Source: Aurantimicrobium sp.
GTDB taxonomy: Bacteria; Actinomycetota; Actinomycetes; Actinomycetales; Microbacteriaceae
Assembly (NCBI GenBank): GCA_024644865.1
Contig: JAHEGZ010000007.1
Span: forward strand, 19,677 to 83,676
DNA length: 64,000 nt
Direction of reading: 5' to 3'
Shown here: positions 27,237-39,069 of the stretch, in pieces
Layout of the letters: each line of letters starts with the position of its first letter
Numbering within the stretch: the stretch's first letter is position 1
The notes under the pieces: model-generated
The model's input: the letters and a program-made list of their open reading frames with translations, nothing else
Databases searched by the model: none
Told to the model about the DNA's origin: nothing
Translations under genes and position numbers: made by a program

Positions 27237-28274
27237 CTAGCGGCGTGGAACCGGGCCTGTGCTTCCGCGGTCGGTAAAGACAGCATCCCCCAGGAAATGG
27301 CGCACTTCTGCGCTGCTGCCCGTCAGCTGATCGGCCAGGAATCGAGCGGCCGTAGTCGCCAGCAGAGCACTATCGACACCAATCGAGGTCTGTGCGGGGA
27401 ATGTCGTTTCGGCAGCTTCTGCCGATATACCCAATTGCAGAAGTGAGAAGTCTTCAGGGATGCGCAACCCGCGCGAGACGATAGCTTCAATGGCACCGAT
27501 GACGGCGGGCTGGTTGAATCCGATGAGGGCTGTGGGTGGGGTGGCGCTGCTCAGCATGAGTTCCATGGCTTCTTTGCCGGCTCGAATGTTCGCTGGCACG
27601 CGCTCGATGTCGAGAGTGACTCCAGCCTCATGTGCGGCCGCAACGAGGTTTTGCTCGGTGCGAACGACAGGACCGTATCCGGCCGTGAACATGTCTTCGG
27701 TAAGACCGATGACCGCGATGTGGCGATGTCCTTCGCCGGCGAGGTGGTGGATGGCCATGGGACCCCACTGACTGAAGTCAGCGTCGACCCAGGAGAACTC
27801 AGTCTCGTTGTCGGTGCGACCGATGAGCACGAAGGGGGTTCGGGTGGACTGCAAAACTTCAATGCGAGGGTCTTCTCGCCGCACCTCCATGAGGACCACC
27901 CCGTCGATAAGCCCCTGCGAAACTATGCGACGAAGTGAATCAAGGTCTTCGATGGGGTTGGGCCACATCAGGAGCTGGTATCCGGCGCGCGCGAGAACCT
28001 CAGTGGCCGCCTGCACATACTCAAAGTCGGAAGACTCGAAACCGCGCTCCCCCACGGGGAACGACAATGCCACGAGACCAGAGCGGCGACCGGCCAGGCC
28101 CTGCGCCATGGCGTTCGGCGTGTAGTTGAGCTCAGCCATTGCATCCATGATGCGTTTGCGCGTCTCGTCAGAGATGGAGCGCTCGCCCGTCAGTGCGTAG
28201 GTGACGGTGCTCGCGGAGACGCCCGCGAGACGCGCCACATCGGCACGTGTCGCATTTCGCTTTTGACCAGACAT
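27237..28274 (-). CDS. LacI-family transcriptional regulator
   Basis: ATRADVARLAGVSASTVTYALTGERSISDETRKRIMDAMAELNYTPNAMAQGL is a LacI HTH, followed by a periplasmic-binding-protein-like sugar-binding core. Confidence 0.9.
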   Translation of the reverse strand: MSGQKRNATRADVARLAGVSASTVTYALTGERSISDETRKRIMDAMAELNYTPNAMAQGLAGRRSGLVALSFPVGERGFESSDFEYVQAATEVLARAGYQLLMWPNPIEDLDSLRRIVSQGLIDGVVLMEVRREDPRIEVLQSTRTPFVLIGRTDNETEFSWVDADFSQWGPMAIHHLAGEGHRHIAVIGLTEDMFTAGYGPVVRTEQNLVAAAHEAGVTLDIERVPANIRAGKEAMELMLSSATPPTALIGFNQPAVIGAIEAIVSRGLRIPEDFSLLQLGISAEAAETTFPAQTSIGVDSALLATTAARFLADQLTGSSAEVRHFLGDAVFTDRGSTGPVPRR

Positions 28275-28303
28275 CACGAAGCTAAAGATAGAACAAAAAA
28301 GTC

Positions 28304-29989
28304 TTAGGCCTCGATAACCAGCGGCACAATCATGGGTCGACGACGGTAGCCCTTGTTGACCCACTGCCCGACTGTGCGACGAACCACCTGCGAGAGTGCG
28401 TGCGAGTCGCGCGTTCCGTTGGCGGCCGCATCGGCGAGTGCCCGGGCGATATCTGGCTTGATTTCATCGAATACGGAGTCGTCTTCAGCGAATCCTTTGG
28501 CATGAATCTCGGGGCCCACGATGATGCGGCCGGTAGCTGCATCCACCACCACGATGATCGAGATGAACCCTTCTTCGGCGAGAATGCGACGGTCTTTGAG
28601 ATCGTTGTCGGTGATCTGACCGACGGCGGCACCGTCAACGTAGACGAACCCGAGGTCGAGCTGGCCCACGATTTTGGCGACACCGTTGCGCAGGTCGACG
28701 ACGGTTCCGTCATCGGCGAGCACAGTGTTTTCGCGGGGCACGCCTGTCTCCATGGCCAACTTGGCGTTCGCGAAGAGGTGTCGGTACTCACCGTGCACGG
28801 GCATCACGTTCTTGGGCTTGAGGATGTTGTAGCAGTACAACAGCTCTCCCGCAGCCGCGTGACCCGAGACGTGCACCTTGGCGTTGCCCTTGTGCACGAC
28901 GTTGGCGCCGAGCTTGGTCAGCCCATCGATGACTCGGTACACCGCGTTCTCGTTGCCCGGAATCAGGCTCGAGGCCAGGATGACCGTGTCGCCGGCACCA
29001 ATCTCAATCTGGTGTTCGAGGTTAGCCATGCGAGCAAGCACAGCCATGGGCTCACCCTGTGAACCGGTGGACATGTACACCACCTGATCGTCAGGCAGGT
29101 CGACGGCTTTCTTGTAGTCGATGAGCAGCCCCTCAGGCACGTTCAGGTAACCCATGTCGGCGGCGATACCCATGTTGCGAACCATGGATCGACCCAGCAG
29201 AGCAACGCGGCGACCGTTGGCGGCGGCCGCGTCGAGCACCTGCTGCACGCGGTGCACGTGTGACGAGAAGCTCGCCACAATGACACGGCGCTTCGAACGA
29301 TGAATCACGCTCTCGAGCACTGGCCCGATGTCTTTTTCAAGCGGGGTGAAACCGGGAACATCGGCGTTTGTCGAGTCAGGGAGGAAGAGGTCGATACCCT
29401 CCTCACCCAAACGAGCGAATGCGCGCAAGTCGGTCAGGCGCCCGTCGAGGGGTAACTGGTCCATCTTGAAGTCACCGGTGTGCAGCACGAGACCGGCCTC
29501 AGTGCGGATGGCCACGGCGAGGGCATCCGGAATCGAGTGGTTTACCGCGATGAACTCGAGGTTGAACGGGCCGAACTGCTCGCGCTGACCCTCGGCGACG
29601 GTGAACGTGTAGGGCTGGATGCGGTGCTCTTTGAGCTTGGCCTCGACCAGCGCAAGCGTGAGTGCTGAGCCAACGAGCGGAATGTCTTGGCGAAGACGCA
29701 GCAGGTACGGCACAGCGCCGATGTGGTCTTCGTGACCGTGCGTGAGCACAACTGCAAGCACGTCGTCGAGACGATCTTTGATCGGGCTGAAGTCGGGCAA
29801 AATCAGGTCGACGCCCGGCTGGGTCTCTTCGGGAAAGAGAACGCCACAGTCAACAACGAGCAACTTGCCGTTGATTTCGTAGACGGCCATGTTGCGTCCG
29901 ACTTCGCCGAGCCCGCCCAGAGGGATGATTCGTAAAGTACCTGCCTCGAGCGCGGGCGGGTCATAAATGTCGTTGGGCATGTTCCTCAA
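28304..29989 (-). CDS. rnj: ribonuclease J
   Basis: Metallo-beta-lactamase motif VVLTHGHEDHIGAVPYLL, beta-CASP region, and C-terminal domain. 561 aa. Confidence 0.95.
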   Translation of the reverse strand: MRNMPNDIYDPPALEAGTLRIIPLGGLGEVGRNMAVYEINGKLLVVDCGVLFPEETQPGVDLILPDFSPIKDRLDDVLAVVLTHGHEDHIGAVPYLLRLRQDIPLVGSALTLALVEAKLKEHRIQPYTFTVAEGQREQFGPFNLEFIAVNHSIPDALAVAIRTEAGLVLHTGDFKMDQLPLDGRLTDLRAFARLGEEGIDLFLPDSTNADVPGFTPLEKDIGPVLESVIHRSKRRVIVASFSSHVHRVQQVLDAAAANGRRVALLGRSMVRNMGIAADMGYLNVPEGLLIDYKKAVDLPDDQVVYMSTGSQGEPMAVLARMANLEHQIEIGAGDTVILASSLIPGNENAVYRVIDGLTKLGANVVHKGNAKVHVSGHAAAGELLYCYNILKPKNVMPVHGEYRHLFANAKLAMETGVPRENTVLADDGTVVDLRNGVAKIVGQLDLGFVYVDGAAVGQITDNDLKDRRILAEEGFISIIVVVDAATGRIIVGPEIHAKGFAEDDSVFDEIKPDIARALADAAANGTRDSHALSQVVRRTVGQWVNKGYRRRPMIVPLVIEA

Positions 29990-30016
29990 TTGGGGATAAC
30001 AGGTGCCCGTGAATTG

Positions 30017-30994
30017 CTAGCGCGTAGTGCCAGCAATCTTCGGGAGGGCACCGCCGGCCGCAGCATTGCGGTCGGGACGGAAGTTGGAGAAATCGACGCC
30101 GGGAATGTCGCCAACGAGCGAAATCTCGTCTTCGATCATCGCGGCCTCCCATTCTTCGGGACCAACCAGGGGCAATCGAACCCGCGGGCTCGAAATACGG
30201 CCGAGGCCGTGTAGAACGTACTTGGCGGCGACAGTGCCGGGAACGTGCGTCATGATGGCGCGCACGAGGGGTTCAAGCTTCTTGTGCTGCTCGGTCGCCG
30301 CGTGCAGGTCGCCGCGGTTCACAGCGTCGATCATCACGCGGTACGGAGCCGGAGCAACGTTCGCGGTCACGCCGATGAGCCCGACAGCACCGATGGCCAG
30401 GTGCGGCAACACGTTTGCATCGTCACCCGAGAAGTACATGAGGTCGGTCTGGTTAATGACACGGCTGACCTCGCTGAAGTCACCCTTTGCGTCTTTGACC
30501 GCGAGGATGTTGGGGTGCTTGGCCAGGCGCAAGAACGTTTCGTACTTAACCGGGATTCCCGAGCGACCAGGGATGTCATAAATGATGACCGGCAGATCGC
30601 TGGCATCAGCAACCATGCGGAAGTGAGTGAGCACACCGGCCTGAGTCGGCTTGTTGTAGTAGGGCGTAACGATCATGATCGCGTCGGCGCCGGCCTTTTC
30701 GCTCTTCTTGACCAGCTCGATGGCGTGTGCGGTCTCGTTCGACGGACCGCCCATGATGATCTTGGCGCGCCCGGCAGCAACCTTCTTGCCAACCTCAACG
30801 AGCTTGACCTTTTCGGCATCCGTCAGGGTGCTGGTTTCACCGGTCGTACCCGTGACGACAATGCCGTCGGCACCGTTGACGATGAGGTCGTCAATGAGGC
30901 GTTCGACATCGTTCCACGCCACTTCGCCATCGGCGTTCATGGGCGTGACGAGAGCGACCAGTACCTGGCCAAAGGGGTTTTCGCGCTGAGTCAC
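30017..30994 (-). CDS. dapA: 4-hydroxy-tetrahydrodipicolinate synthase
   Basis: ALVTPMNADGEV, VVTGTTGETSTLT, YYNKP, and the catalytic Lys context ILAVKDAKGD. Confidence 0.95.
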   Translation of the reverse strand: MTQRENPFGQVLVALVTPMNADGEVAWNDVERLIDDLIVNGADGIVVTGTTGETSTLTDAEKVKLVEVGKKVAAGRAKIIMGGPSNETAHAIELVKKSEKAGADAIMIVTPYYNKPTQAGVLTHFRMVADASDLPVIIYDIPGRSGIPVKYETFLRLAKHPNILAVKDAKGDFSEVSRVINQTDLMYFSGDDANVLPHLAIGAVGLIGVTANVAPAPYRVMIDAVNRGDLHAATEQHKKLEPLVRAIMTHVPGTVAAKYVLHGLGRISSPRVRLPLVGPEEWEAAMIEDEISLVGDIPGVDFSNFRPDRNAAAGGALPKIAGTTR

Positions 30995-31024
30995 CCGTTA
31001 AGGCTATCGGATAGTGCGTGCGCC

Positions 31025-32584
31025 CTAGCGCCCGAGCATGTTCTTGAGGGCTTCGAGCTCTTCGGGAGTCGGAGCAGTCTTGGGCGCTCCCCCGCCGAGG
31101 CCAAAGCCCGAGCCTCCGCCGGTCGAGCCGGTCGGCGTGCCAGCGGCGAGCGCAGCGTTCTCGGCTGCGCGCTTGGCCGGGTTGCCCGACTTCGAGCCCT
31201 TCTTCTTTGTGTTCTTGCTCTTGCCGCCGCCGTGACTCATAGCCTGCAGTCCTTGCATGCCGGGCATTTGAGGAACACCGCCCTTGGCCATGGTCTTCAT
31301 CATCTTGGCGGCCTGCTCGAAGCGATTGACCAGAGCGTTGACGTCGGTGACGGTCATGCCCGAACCTCTCGCGATGCGCAGGCGACGCGATCCGTTGAGC
31401 AGCTTGGTGTTACGACGCTCCCCAGGAGTCATCGACTGAATGATGGCCTCGGTGCGAGTGAGCTCTTTGTCGTCGAAGTTGTCGAGCTGCTCTTTCATCT
31501 TGTTCGCTCCGGGGAGCATGCCCATCAGCCCCTTGAAGGAGCCCATCTTCTTGATCTGCTGCATCTGCTCGAGGAAGTCTTCGAGCGTGAAGCTGTCGGT
31601 GGCGATTTTGGCGGCGGCCTTGGCGGCCTCTTCTTCGTCGAAGACCGACTGCGCCTGTTCGATCAGGGTGAGAATGTCACCAAGGTCGAGGATGCGGCTG
31701 GCCATGCGGTCGGGGTAAAACGGTTCGAAGTCATCGAGGGTTTCACCGGTCGAGGCAAAGAGAATCGGGCGCTGGGTGACCGAGACAACGGAGAGAGCGG
31801 CTCCACCGCGGGCGTCACCGTCGAGCTTCGAGAGCACGACACCGGTGAAGTCGACACCCTCTTGGAATGCCTTTGCAGTATTGACGGCGTCTTGACCGAT
31901 CATGGCGTCGATGACGAACAGCACCTCGTCGGGGTCGGTCGCCTTGCGGATGTCAGCTGCCTGCTTCATCAGCTCGGCATCCACACCCAGACGACCGGCG
32001 GTGTCGATGATGACGACGTCATACTGCTTGTCGGTTGCAAACTTGATTGAGTTCTTGGCGACCTTGACCGGGTCACCCACGCCGTTGCCGGGCTCGGGTG
32101 AGTACACGGCCACGCCGGCGTTCTTGGCAACAACCTCGAGCTGGGTTACGGCATTGGGTCGCTGAAGGTCACAGGCCACCAAAAGGGGGGTGTGCTTTTC
32201 TTTCGCCAGCCACTTGGCGAGCTTTCCGGCGAGGGTGGTCTTACCAGCACCCTGCAGACCGGCGAGCATGATGACGGTCGGTGGCTTCTTCGCGAACTCG
32301 AGGCGGCGCTGCTGCCCGCCCAGGATGGCAACGAGCTCCTCGTTCACGATTTGAACGACCTGCTGAGCGGGATTCAACGCCTTGTTGACGTCATCACTGA
32401 GCGCGCGCTCTCGCACGGTGGCCGTGAATACTTTGACCACGTCGAGCGAGACGTCGGCGTCGAGCAGAGCCCGTCGAATTTCGCGAACGGTTCCGTCGAC
32501 ATCGGCCGCGCTGAGCTTGCCCTTGCTGCGCAGGTTTTTGAGCGCGTCTGTCAGACGCGACGAGAGATCTCCGAAGGTTGCCAT
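31025..32584 (-). CDS. ffh: signal recognition particle protein Ffh
   Basis: NG domain (MLAGLQGAGKTT, DTAGRL, SKLDGDARGG) and a Met-rich M domain. Confidence 0.97.
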   Translation of the reverse strand: MATFGDLSSRLTDALKNLRSKGKLSAADVDGTVREIRRALLDADVSLDVVKVFTATVRERALSDDVNKALNPAQQVVQIVNEELVAILGGQQRRLEFAKKPPTVIMLAGLQGAGKTTLAGKLAKWLAKEKHTPLLVACDLQRPNAVTQLEVVAKNAGVAVYSPEPGNGVGDPVKVAKNSIKFATDKQYDVVIIDTAGRLGVDAELMKQAADIRKATDPDEVLFVIDAMIGQDAVNTAKAFQEGVDFTGVVLSKLDGDARGGAALSVVSVTQRPILFASTGETLDDFEPFYPDRMASRILDLGDILTLIEQAQSVFDEEEAAKAAAKIATDSFTLEDFLEQMQQIKKMGSFKGLMGMLPGANKMKEQLDNFDDKELTRTEAIIQSMTPGERRNTKLLNGSRRLRIARGSGMTVTDVNALVNRFEQAAKMMKTMAKGGVPQMPGMQGLQAMSHGGGKSKNTKKKGSKSGNPAKRAAENAALAAGTPTGSTGGGSGFGLGGGAPKTAPTPEELEALKNMLGR

Positions 32585-32608
32585 AGCCCCACTAGCCTAA
32601 CGAAGGAG

Positions 32609-33819
<1,211 letters not shown>

Positions 33820-33820
<1 letters not shown>

Positions 33821-36800
33821 CAGGCAACGACCTCAGTGGATTCGACAGCCTCAACAACTTTTTCAACCTTCTCGGCATCAGGCTGCACGCGCTGACCGAC
33901 CACGGCAGAGACACCGTCTTGGCGCATTGAGACGCCGTAGAGGGCATCGGCGATTTCCATCGTGCGCTTCTGGTGCGTGATGACGATGAGCTGCGAGGAC
34001 TGTCGCAGGTCTTGGAAGATCGTGAGCAGGCGACCCAGGTTGGCGTCGTCGAGGGCTGCCTCAACCTCGTCCATGATGTAGAAGGGCGAAGGGCGCGCCT
34101 TGAAGATGGCGATGAGCAGGGTAACAGCAGCCAGCGAACGCTCACCACCCGAGAGCAGGCTCAGACGCTCGATTTTCTTACCGGCGGGCTTGACTGAAAC
34201 TTCGATGCCCGTGGTGAGCAGGTCGTCGGGGTTGGTTAGAGCGAGGTAGCCCGAGCCGCCGGGGAACAGAACCGGAAGAACCTGTTCGAAGGCAACCTTC
34301 GTGTCTTCGAAGGCCGACTCGAAGACCGTCTGCATGGTGGCATCCACGTCTTCGATGATCGAGAGCAAGTCTTTCTTCGTGTTGTTCAAGTCGGTGAGCT
34401 GCTCGGTCAAGAAGGTGTGACGCTGCTCGAGTGCGGCGAACTCTTCGAGAGCCAGCGGGTTCACGCGACCGAGCTGACCGAGCTTGCGCTCCGCCTTGTC
34501 GAGGCGGGCCTGCTGCTCGGAACGAGCGAACGGGATTGGGTCGCCCTCGGCTTGCGGAATGAGCTGGTCGGGGCCGTACTCAGCGATGAGCACCTCTTCG
34601 ACCAGACCGAGTTCGGCTCCGGCGCGCTCGAGGTAGCTCGACAAGGCCAGTTTCTTTTCGTAAATCTGAAGCTCGAGTCCGTGCACATTCTCGGTGATGG
34701 CGTGCAGGCGTTCGCGAAGAGTCGACTCTTCTTGGCGAAGTTGTGTGAGCTCGGCATTGGCCGCCTGACGGTCGGCCTCGCGCTGAACCAGAACCAGGCG
34801 AGCTTCGGCAACCGATCGGTCGATCGAGTCAAGAACCGGCGGGATGTCATCGGCAACAGCCTGAGCCGAGTCGATCTGACGACGACGAATGACCGCGCGA
34901 CGGGCTGCCTCTTGCGCCGCGTGACGCTCAGAGTCGAGCTGTTCGCGCAATGATTCAACGCGCAGCTCCTCGGCACGAACGCGTTCACGAGCGGTTTCGA
35001 GGTCAAGGCGGGCCTGAACCTCTGCCTCACGCTGAGTCTCAAGCTCGACGAACGAGGTCTCACGCGCAGAGGCATCGAGGACCGGGCGCTCCGCCGCCTC
35101 GAGCAGGGCAAGAGCCTGCCCGGCAGTCGCAACCTCGGTCGTCGCCGTGGCAACGCGCTCGGCCGCCAGTGAAAGACCGGCCTGGATGCGCTCGCACTCG
35201 GCAATCGCTGCTTCGGCTTGTGCGCGGGCGCGGTTGTGCGCCTCTGAGCGAGCGGCCAGCTGGGCATCAAAGGCACGTAGGGCGGTCAGAGCCGCGGATG
35301 CGCGCTCCTTCGCTACCTCGGCCTCAGCACGCTGATCGGCCAAAGCGAAGCGCGCCTTATCGCTCAGCGAAGCTACCTCGTCCAGACGTGCCTGGGCAGC
35401 ATCGCGGTCAGCTACGAGTTCGATACGGCTGCGCTTGGCACCACTGCCACCGCGCAAGACGTAACGGGTGAGCACGTCGCCGTCTTTGGTAATAACGGTG
35501 ACGTCTCGGTCGAGTGATTTATAGGTCGATTTCCATGCGGACTGAGCAGCAGCGATGTCATCAGCCACGACAGTGTCGGCAAGCAGCGCGAGCAATCCGG
35601 CGGGTGCTTTGACAACGGACAGGGCGGGAACCACTCCCGGGGCAGCCGGCGGTTCGGAGATGGCGCGCGAGGCGTCGGCAACGATGATCTCGACGCGGCC
35701 GAGTTCGTCGCTGCTCGCATTTGCCAGAGCGTTGGCGGCGGCATCCATGTCGTCGGCAAGCACTGCATCGGCCAGCGAGCCCAGGGCAGCAGCAATGGCT
35801 GCTTCGTAGCCGGGCTGAACGGTGACGTGTTCGGCGACGAGGCCACGAATACCGGCCAGCTTGGCAGCAACCAGTGCGGCCGATCCGTCTTTTTGGTCGA
35901 GCGCCATCGAGAGGGCACCCGTGCGAGCCGAGAGAGCGTCACGCTCACGCTCAAGGGCGTGCAGTTCGTCACGCAGACGATCCATTTCGGCGTCTGCCGC
36001 GACAACGGCCTGCTGTGCCGACTCGTACGCGGCGTTGAGACCCGATTGGTCTACTTCGGTCGATTCTGACTCGGCCTCAACCGCAGCGAGGGTCGAGTTC
36101 GCGGTGTCACGGCGTTCGGTGGCGGCATCTAGTGCGGCCTGCTGACGACTAACTTCACCCTCGACGGCGGCGAGCGTTGAGCGTGCAGACTCCACCGCAC
36201 CACGTGCGGAAGCCAAATCAAGGTCGTGCTGAGACACGAGGGCGCTCTGGGCAGCGATCTGCTCGTCAATATGGTCGAGGCGGGCGCGGGCATCCACGGT
36301 TAGGGCTTGGGCGGTTTGCCAGGCGGTGTCAGCCGTGATCACGGCTTGACGAAGCAGGGCCACTTCGGCGTCACCGGCGTCGATCATCTGCTGCGAGATG
36401 CCCGAACCCAGCGGCGTCATCTCGGTGTCAGAACCGAGCAAAGCCAGGCGCTGGTTGGCCAACGTGTAGAGACCGCGCAACCGCTCCTGCACTGATTCCA
36501 GAGCGAACACGGTGGCTCGAGCGGCCTCGACCTCAGTGACCGACTGACCAGCCTCGAGGTGACGAACGCGCAGGGTGGTGCGCTCGAGTTGCTCCTGCAG
36601 AACGATGCGCTCAGTGTGGCGCTCCGCCTCAGACTTGTTGTGCGCCTCGAGCGCGGTGCGCAGAGTCACGACATCATCGGCGAGGATACGGGCGCGAGCG
36701 TCGCGAACCTCAGCTTGAATACCTTGGGCTTCGCGGGCAATCTCGGCCTGAGCGCCCAGTGGCTTGAGCTGACGGCGAACCTCTCCAGCCAGGTCGCTCA

Positions 36801-37371
36801 GACGAGTGAGGTTCGCCTCCATGGCTTCGAGCTTGCGCACGGTCTTTTCTTTACGGCGACGGTGCTTGAGAATTCCGGCGGCCTCTTCGATGAAGCCGCG
36901 CCGATCTTCGGGGCTGGCCTGCAGTACGTTGTCGAGTCTGCCCTGACCGACGATGACGTGCATCTCTTTACCCAGGCCCGAGTCACTGAGCAGCTCTTGA
37001 ACGTCGAGCAGACGACACTGTTCACCGTTGATGGCGTACTCGCTCTGCCCGTTTCGAAACAGGGTGCGGCTGATGGTCACTTCGCTGTACTCGATAGGCA
37101 GGGCCCCGTCAGAGTTATCGATCGTCAGCTGAACCTCGGCGCGGCCGAGCGGTCCGCGAGTTGTCGTGCCGGCGAAGATGACGTCTTCCATCTTTCCGCC
37201 GCGCAAGGTTTTGGCACCCTGCTCGCCCATGACCCAGGCGAGGGCATCCACGACGTTCGACTTGCCCGAGCCGTTTGGACCGACAACCGCGGTGACACCG
37301 GGCTCGAAAGCAAAGGTGGTGGGTTGAGCAAACGACTTGAAGCCTTTGAGCGTCAAGCTTTTTAAGTACAC
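33820..37371 (-). CDS. smc: chromosome segregation protein SMC
   Basis: 1183 aa. N-terminal Walker A GPNGSGKSN, long coiled coils, a hinge, a C-terminal signature LSGGE, and Walker B FYIMDEVEAALD. Confidence 0.97.
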
Positions 37372-37417
37372 GTCGTTGGCTCCTGAGATTCGCAGTGCAA
37401 AGGCACTGCCCTCAAAT

Positions 37418-38197
37418 TTAGTGGATGCTCGACCAGAACGTGTTCAGCGCTGCGCCCACTTCGTGCGGGAAGTCGACAACCGCCAAATGGCGCCCACCCT
37501 CGACGACGAAGAGCTTTGCATTGGGGAGACCGGCCATGAGCTCGCGTACCGCGTCGGCACTAATGCTCGGGTCGTGGTCACCGGCGATGACCAGGGTCGG
37601 CACAGTGACCTCGGTGAGCTGCTCGCGCACGTCATAAGCGCTCAAAGCCTCACAGCATTTCGCGTACGACTCGGCGTCGACATCGAGAAGAATATCCATG
37701 AGGGTTTCCACCCACGGGCCGTCTTCGGCAATGAACTTCGGGGAGAACCAGCGCGGGGGCAGGTCGGTGACCATGGCGGCGGTTCCGTGTTCGCGAACGG
37801 TGGCACAGCGGTCGGCCCACGACTCGTTCGTGCCGAGCTTCGCGGCCGAGAACATGACAGCCGTCGAGCCCAACCGGTCACCGTGATGGATGCCCAACTC
37901 CAGCGCAATCGCTCCGCTAATGCTTACCCCGGCGTAGTCGAACTTCTCGACACCGAGATTGTCGGCGATGCGCACGAGTTCGTCGGCGATCTCTCGGAGG
38001 GTGAATCCTGTGGTGGCAACGTCGGAGTCACCGTGCCCGGGCAAATCCCAGGTGACCGGTTGAATGTCGGCAGAAAAGTAGGGCAAGGCCCGCGCCCACA
38101 TCAACGAAGAACTGCCGAGCGAGGAGCCGAGAAAAACCACGCGACCCGAGGCGTCGAAGTCGTCGGGCAAGCGGTAGCTGATTTCGGGTCCTGCCAT
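37418..38197 (-). CDS. alpha/beta hydrolase, 3-oxoadipate enol-lactonase-like
   Basis: VVFLGSSLGSS, nucleophile elbow AGVSISGAIAL, PTLVIAGDHDP, and a C-terminal His (GGRHLA). Confidence 0.7.
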   Translation of the reverse strand: MAGPEISYRLPDDFDASGRVVFLGSSLGSSSLMWARALPYFSADIQPVTWDLPGHGDSDVATTGFTLREIADELVRIADNLGVEKFDYAGVSISGAIALELGIHHGDRLGSTAVMFSAAKLGTNESWADRCATVREHGTAAMVTDLPPRWFSPKFIAEDGPWVETLMDILLDVDAESYAKCCEALSAYDVREQLTEVTVPTLVIAGDHDPSISADAVRELMAGLPNAKLFVVEGGRHLAVVDFPHEVGAALNTFWSSIH

Positions 38198-38961
38198 CAG
38201 TGCTCGTTTTCGAGCTCGTGACGAATCGACTCAGAAGCAGCCTGCAACACCTCGACGAGTCGAGGAATATCCAAGTGGGTCAGGTGAGCAACAACGCCGA
38301 GAGCAGCGACCGCGCGACCACCGCGAAGGATAGGTACTGCGACCGATCCGTTGCCCGCAGTGCTCTCTTGACGGGTGAGCGCGTAACCGCGCTCGCGAGT
38401 CTCGTCGAGCTCTTTCTTGAGCTTGACCGGATCGACAATCGAATACGGCGTTGTGCGCTCGAGCGGGCGCTCAAGGTACTTCTCGATTGCGGCAGGGGTC
38501 TGCCACGCCAACAGGACCTTGCCCACACCAGTCGTGTGCAAAGGCAGGTGTCCGCCAGCGCGAGCACCGGTGTGTACCGAGCGCTCACCGCCGAGACGAT
38601 CGACGTAGAGAGCCTGACCGCGGTCGAGCACGGCGAGGGTGATGTTCTCACCGGTTTCTTCGTAGAGACGGGCGAGCGTCGGCAGCGCACGGTGACGCAG
38701 CTGGTCGCTCACCGGAGCAAGCTGGCCGATCGACCACATGCGGGTTCCGATGCGGTACTTGCGGTCTGACCCGCGCACGAGGAATCCGCCCGTGACGAGC
38801 TCGGCCACGACTCGGTGGGTGCTCGACATCGGCAGCAGCGACTTCTTCGAAATCTCGGAAAGCGTCAGCGCACGGCGACGCTCGTTGAAGCATCCGAGAA
38901 CCGCGATTGCACGGCCAATCGAAGAGATGGGCGCACCGGCGGTTGTGCGTGCTGGACTCAT
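38197..38961 (-). CDS. IclR-family transcriptional regulator
   Basis: N-terminal winged HTH (LTLSEISKKSLLPMSSTHRVVAELV) plus an IclR effector domain (HTTGVGKVLLA). 254 aa. Confidence 0.9.
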   Translation of the reverse strand: MSPARTTAGAPISSIGRAIAVLGCFNERRRALTLSEISKKSLLPMSSTHRVVAELVTGGFLVRGSDRKYRIGTRMWSIGQLAPVSDQLRHRALPTLARLYEETGENITLAVLDRGQALYVDRLGGERSVHTGARAGGHLPLHTTGVGKVLLAWQTPAAIEKYLERPLERTTPYSIVDPVKLKKELDETRERGYALTRQESTAGNGSVAVPILRGGRAVAALGVVAHLTHLDIPRLVEVLQAASESIRHELENEH

Positions 38962-39069
38962 GAACTACGACCCTTCAGGGGGCTGAAAACGGATGTTCCA
39001 ATGAGCGGAACACTACTCCGCATCCTGCTCGATAACAAAATCGAGGGCGCTTGTGGCAAAAAGCAGCTT

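Noticed and set aside
30245-32050. 601-aa ORF on the plus strand spanning dapA and ffh. Other long opposite-strand ORFs include 11941-13308, 9850-10701, 44828-45805, 18765-19688, 26338-27135, 36559-37365, 41762-42535, 47558-48337 and 63184-63984.
   Set aside because: All lie antisense to genes with unmistakable conserved products. Their translations are Arg/Gly/Ala/Val-rich and low in complexity, they have no SD-start context, and they cross real gene boundaries. This is the typical stop-codon-poor antisense frame of high-GC DNA.
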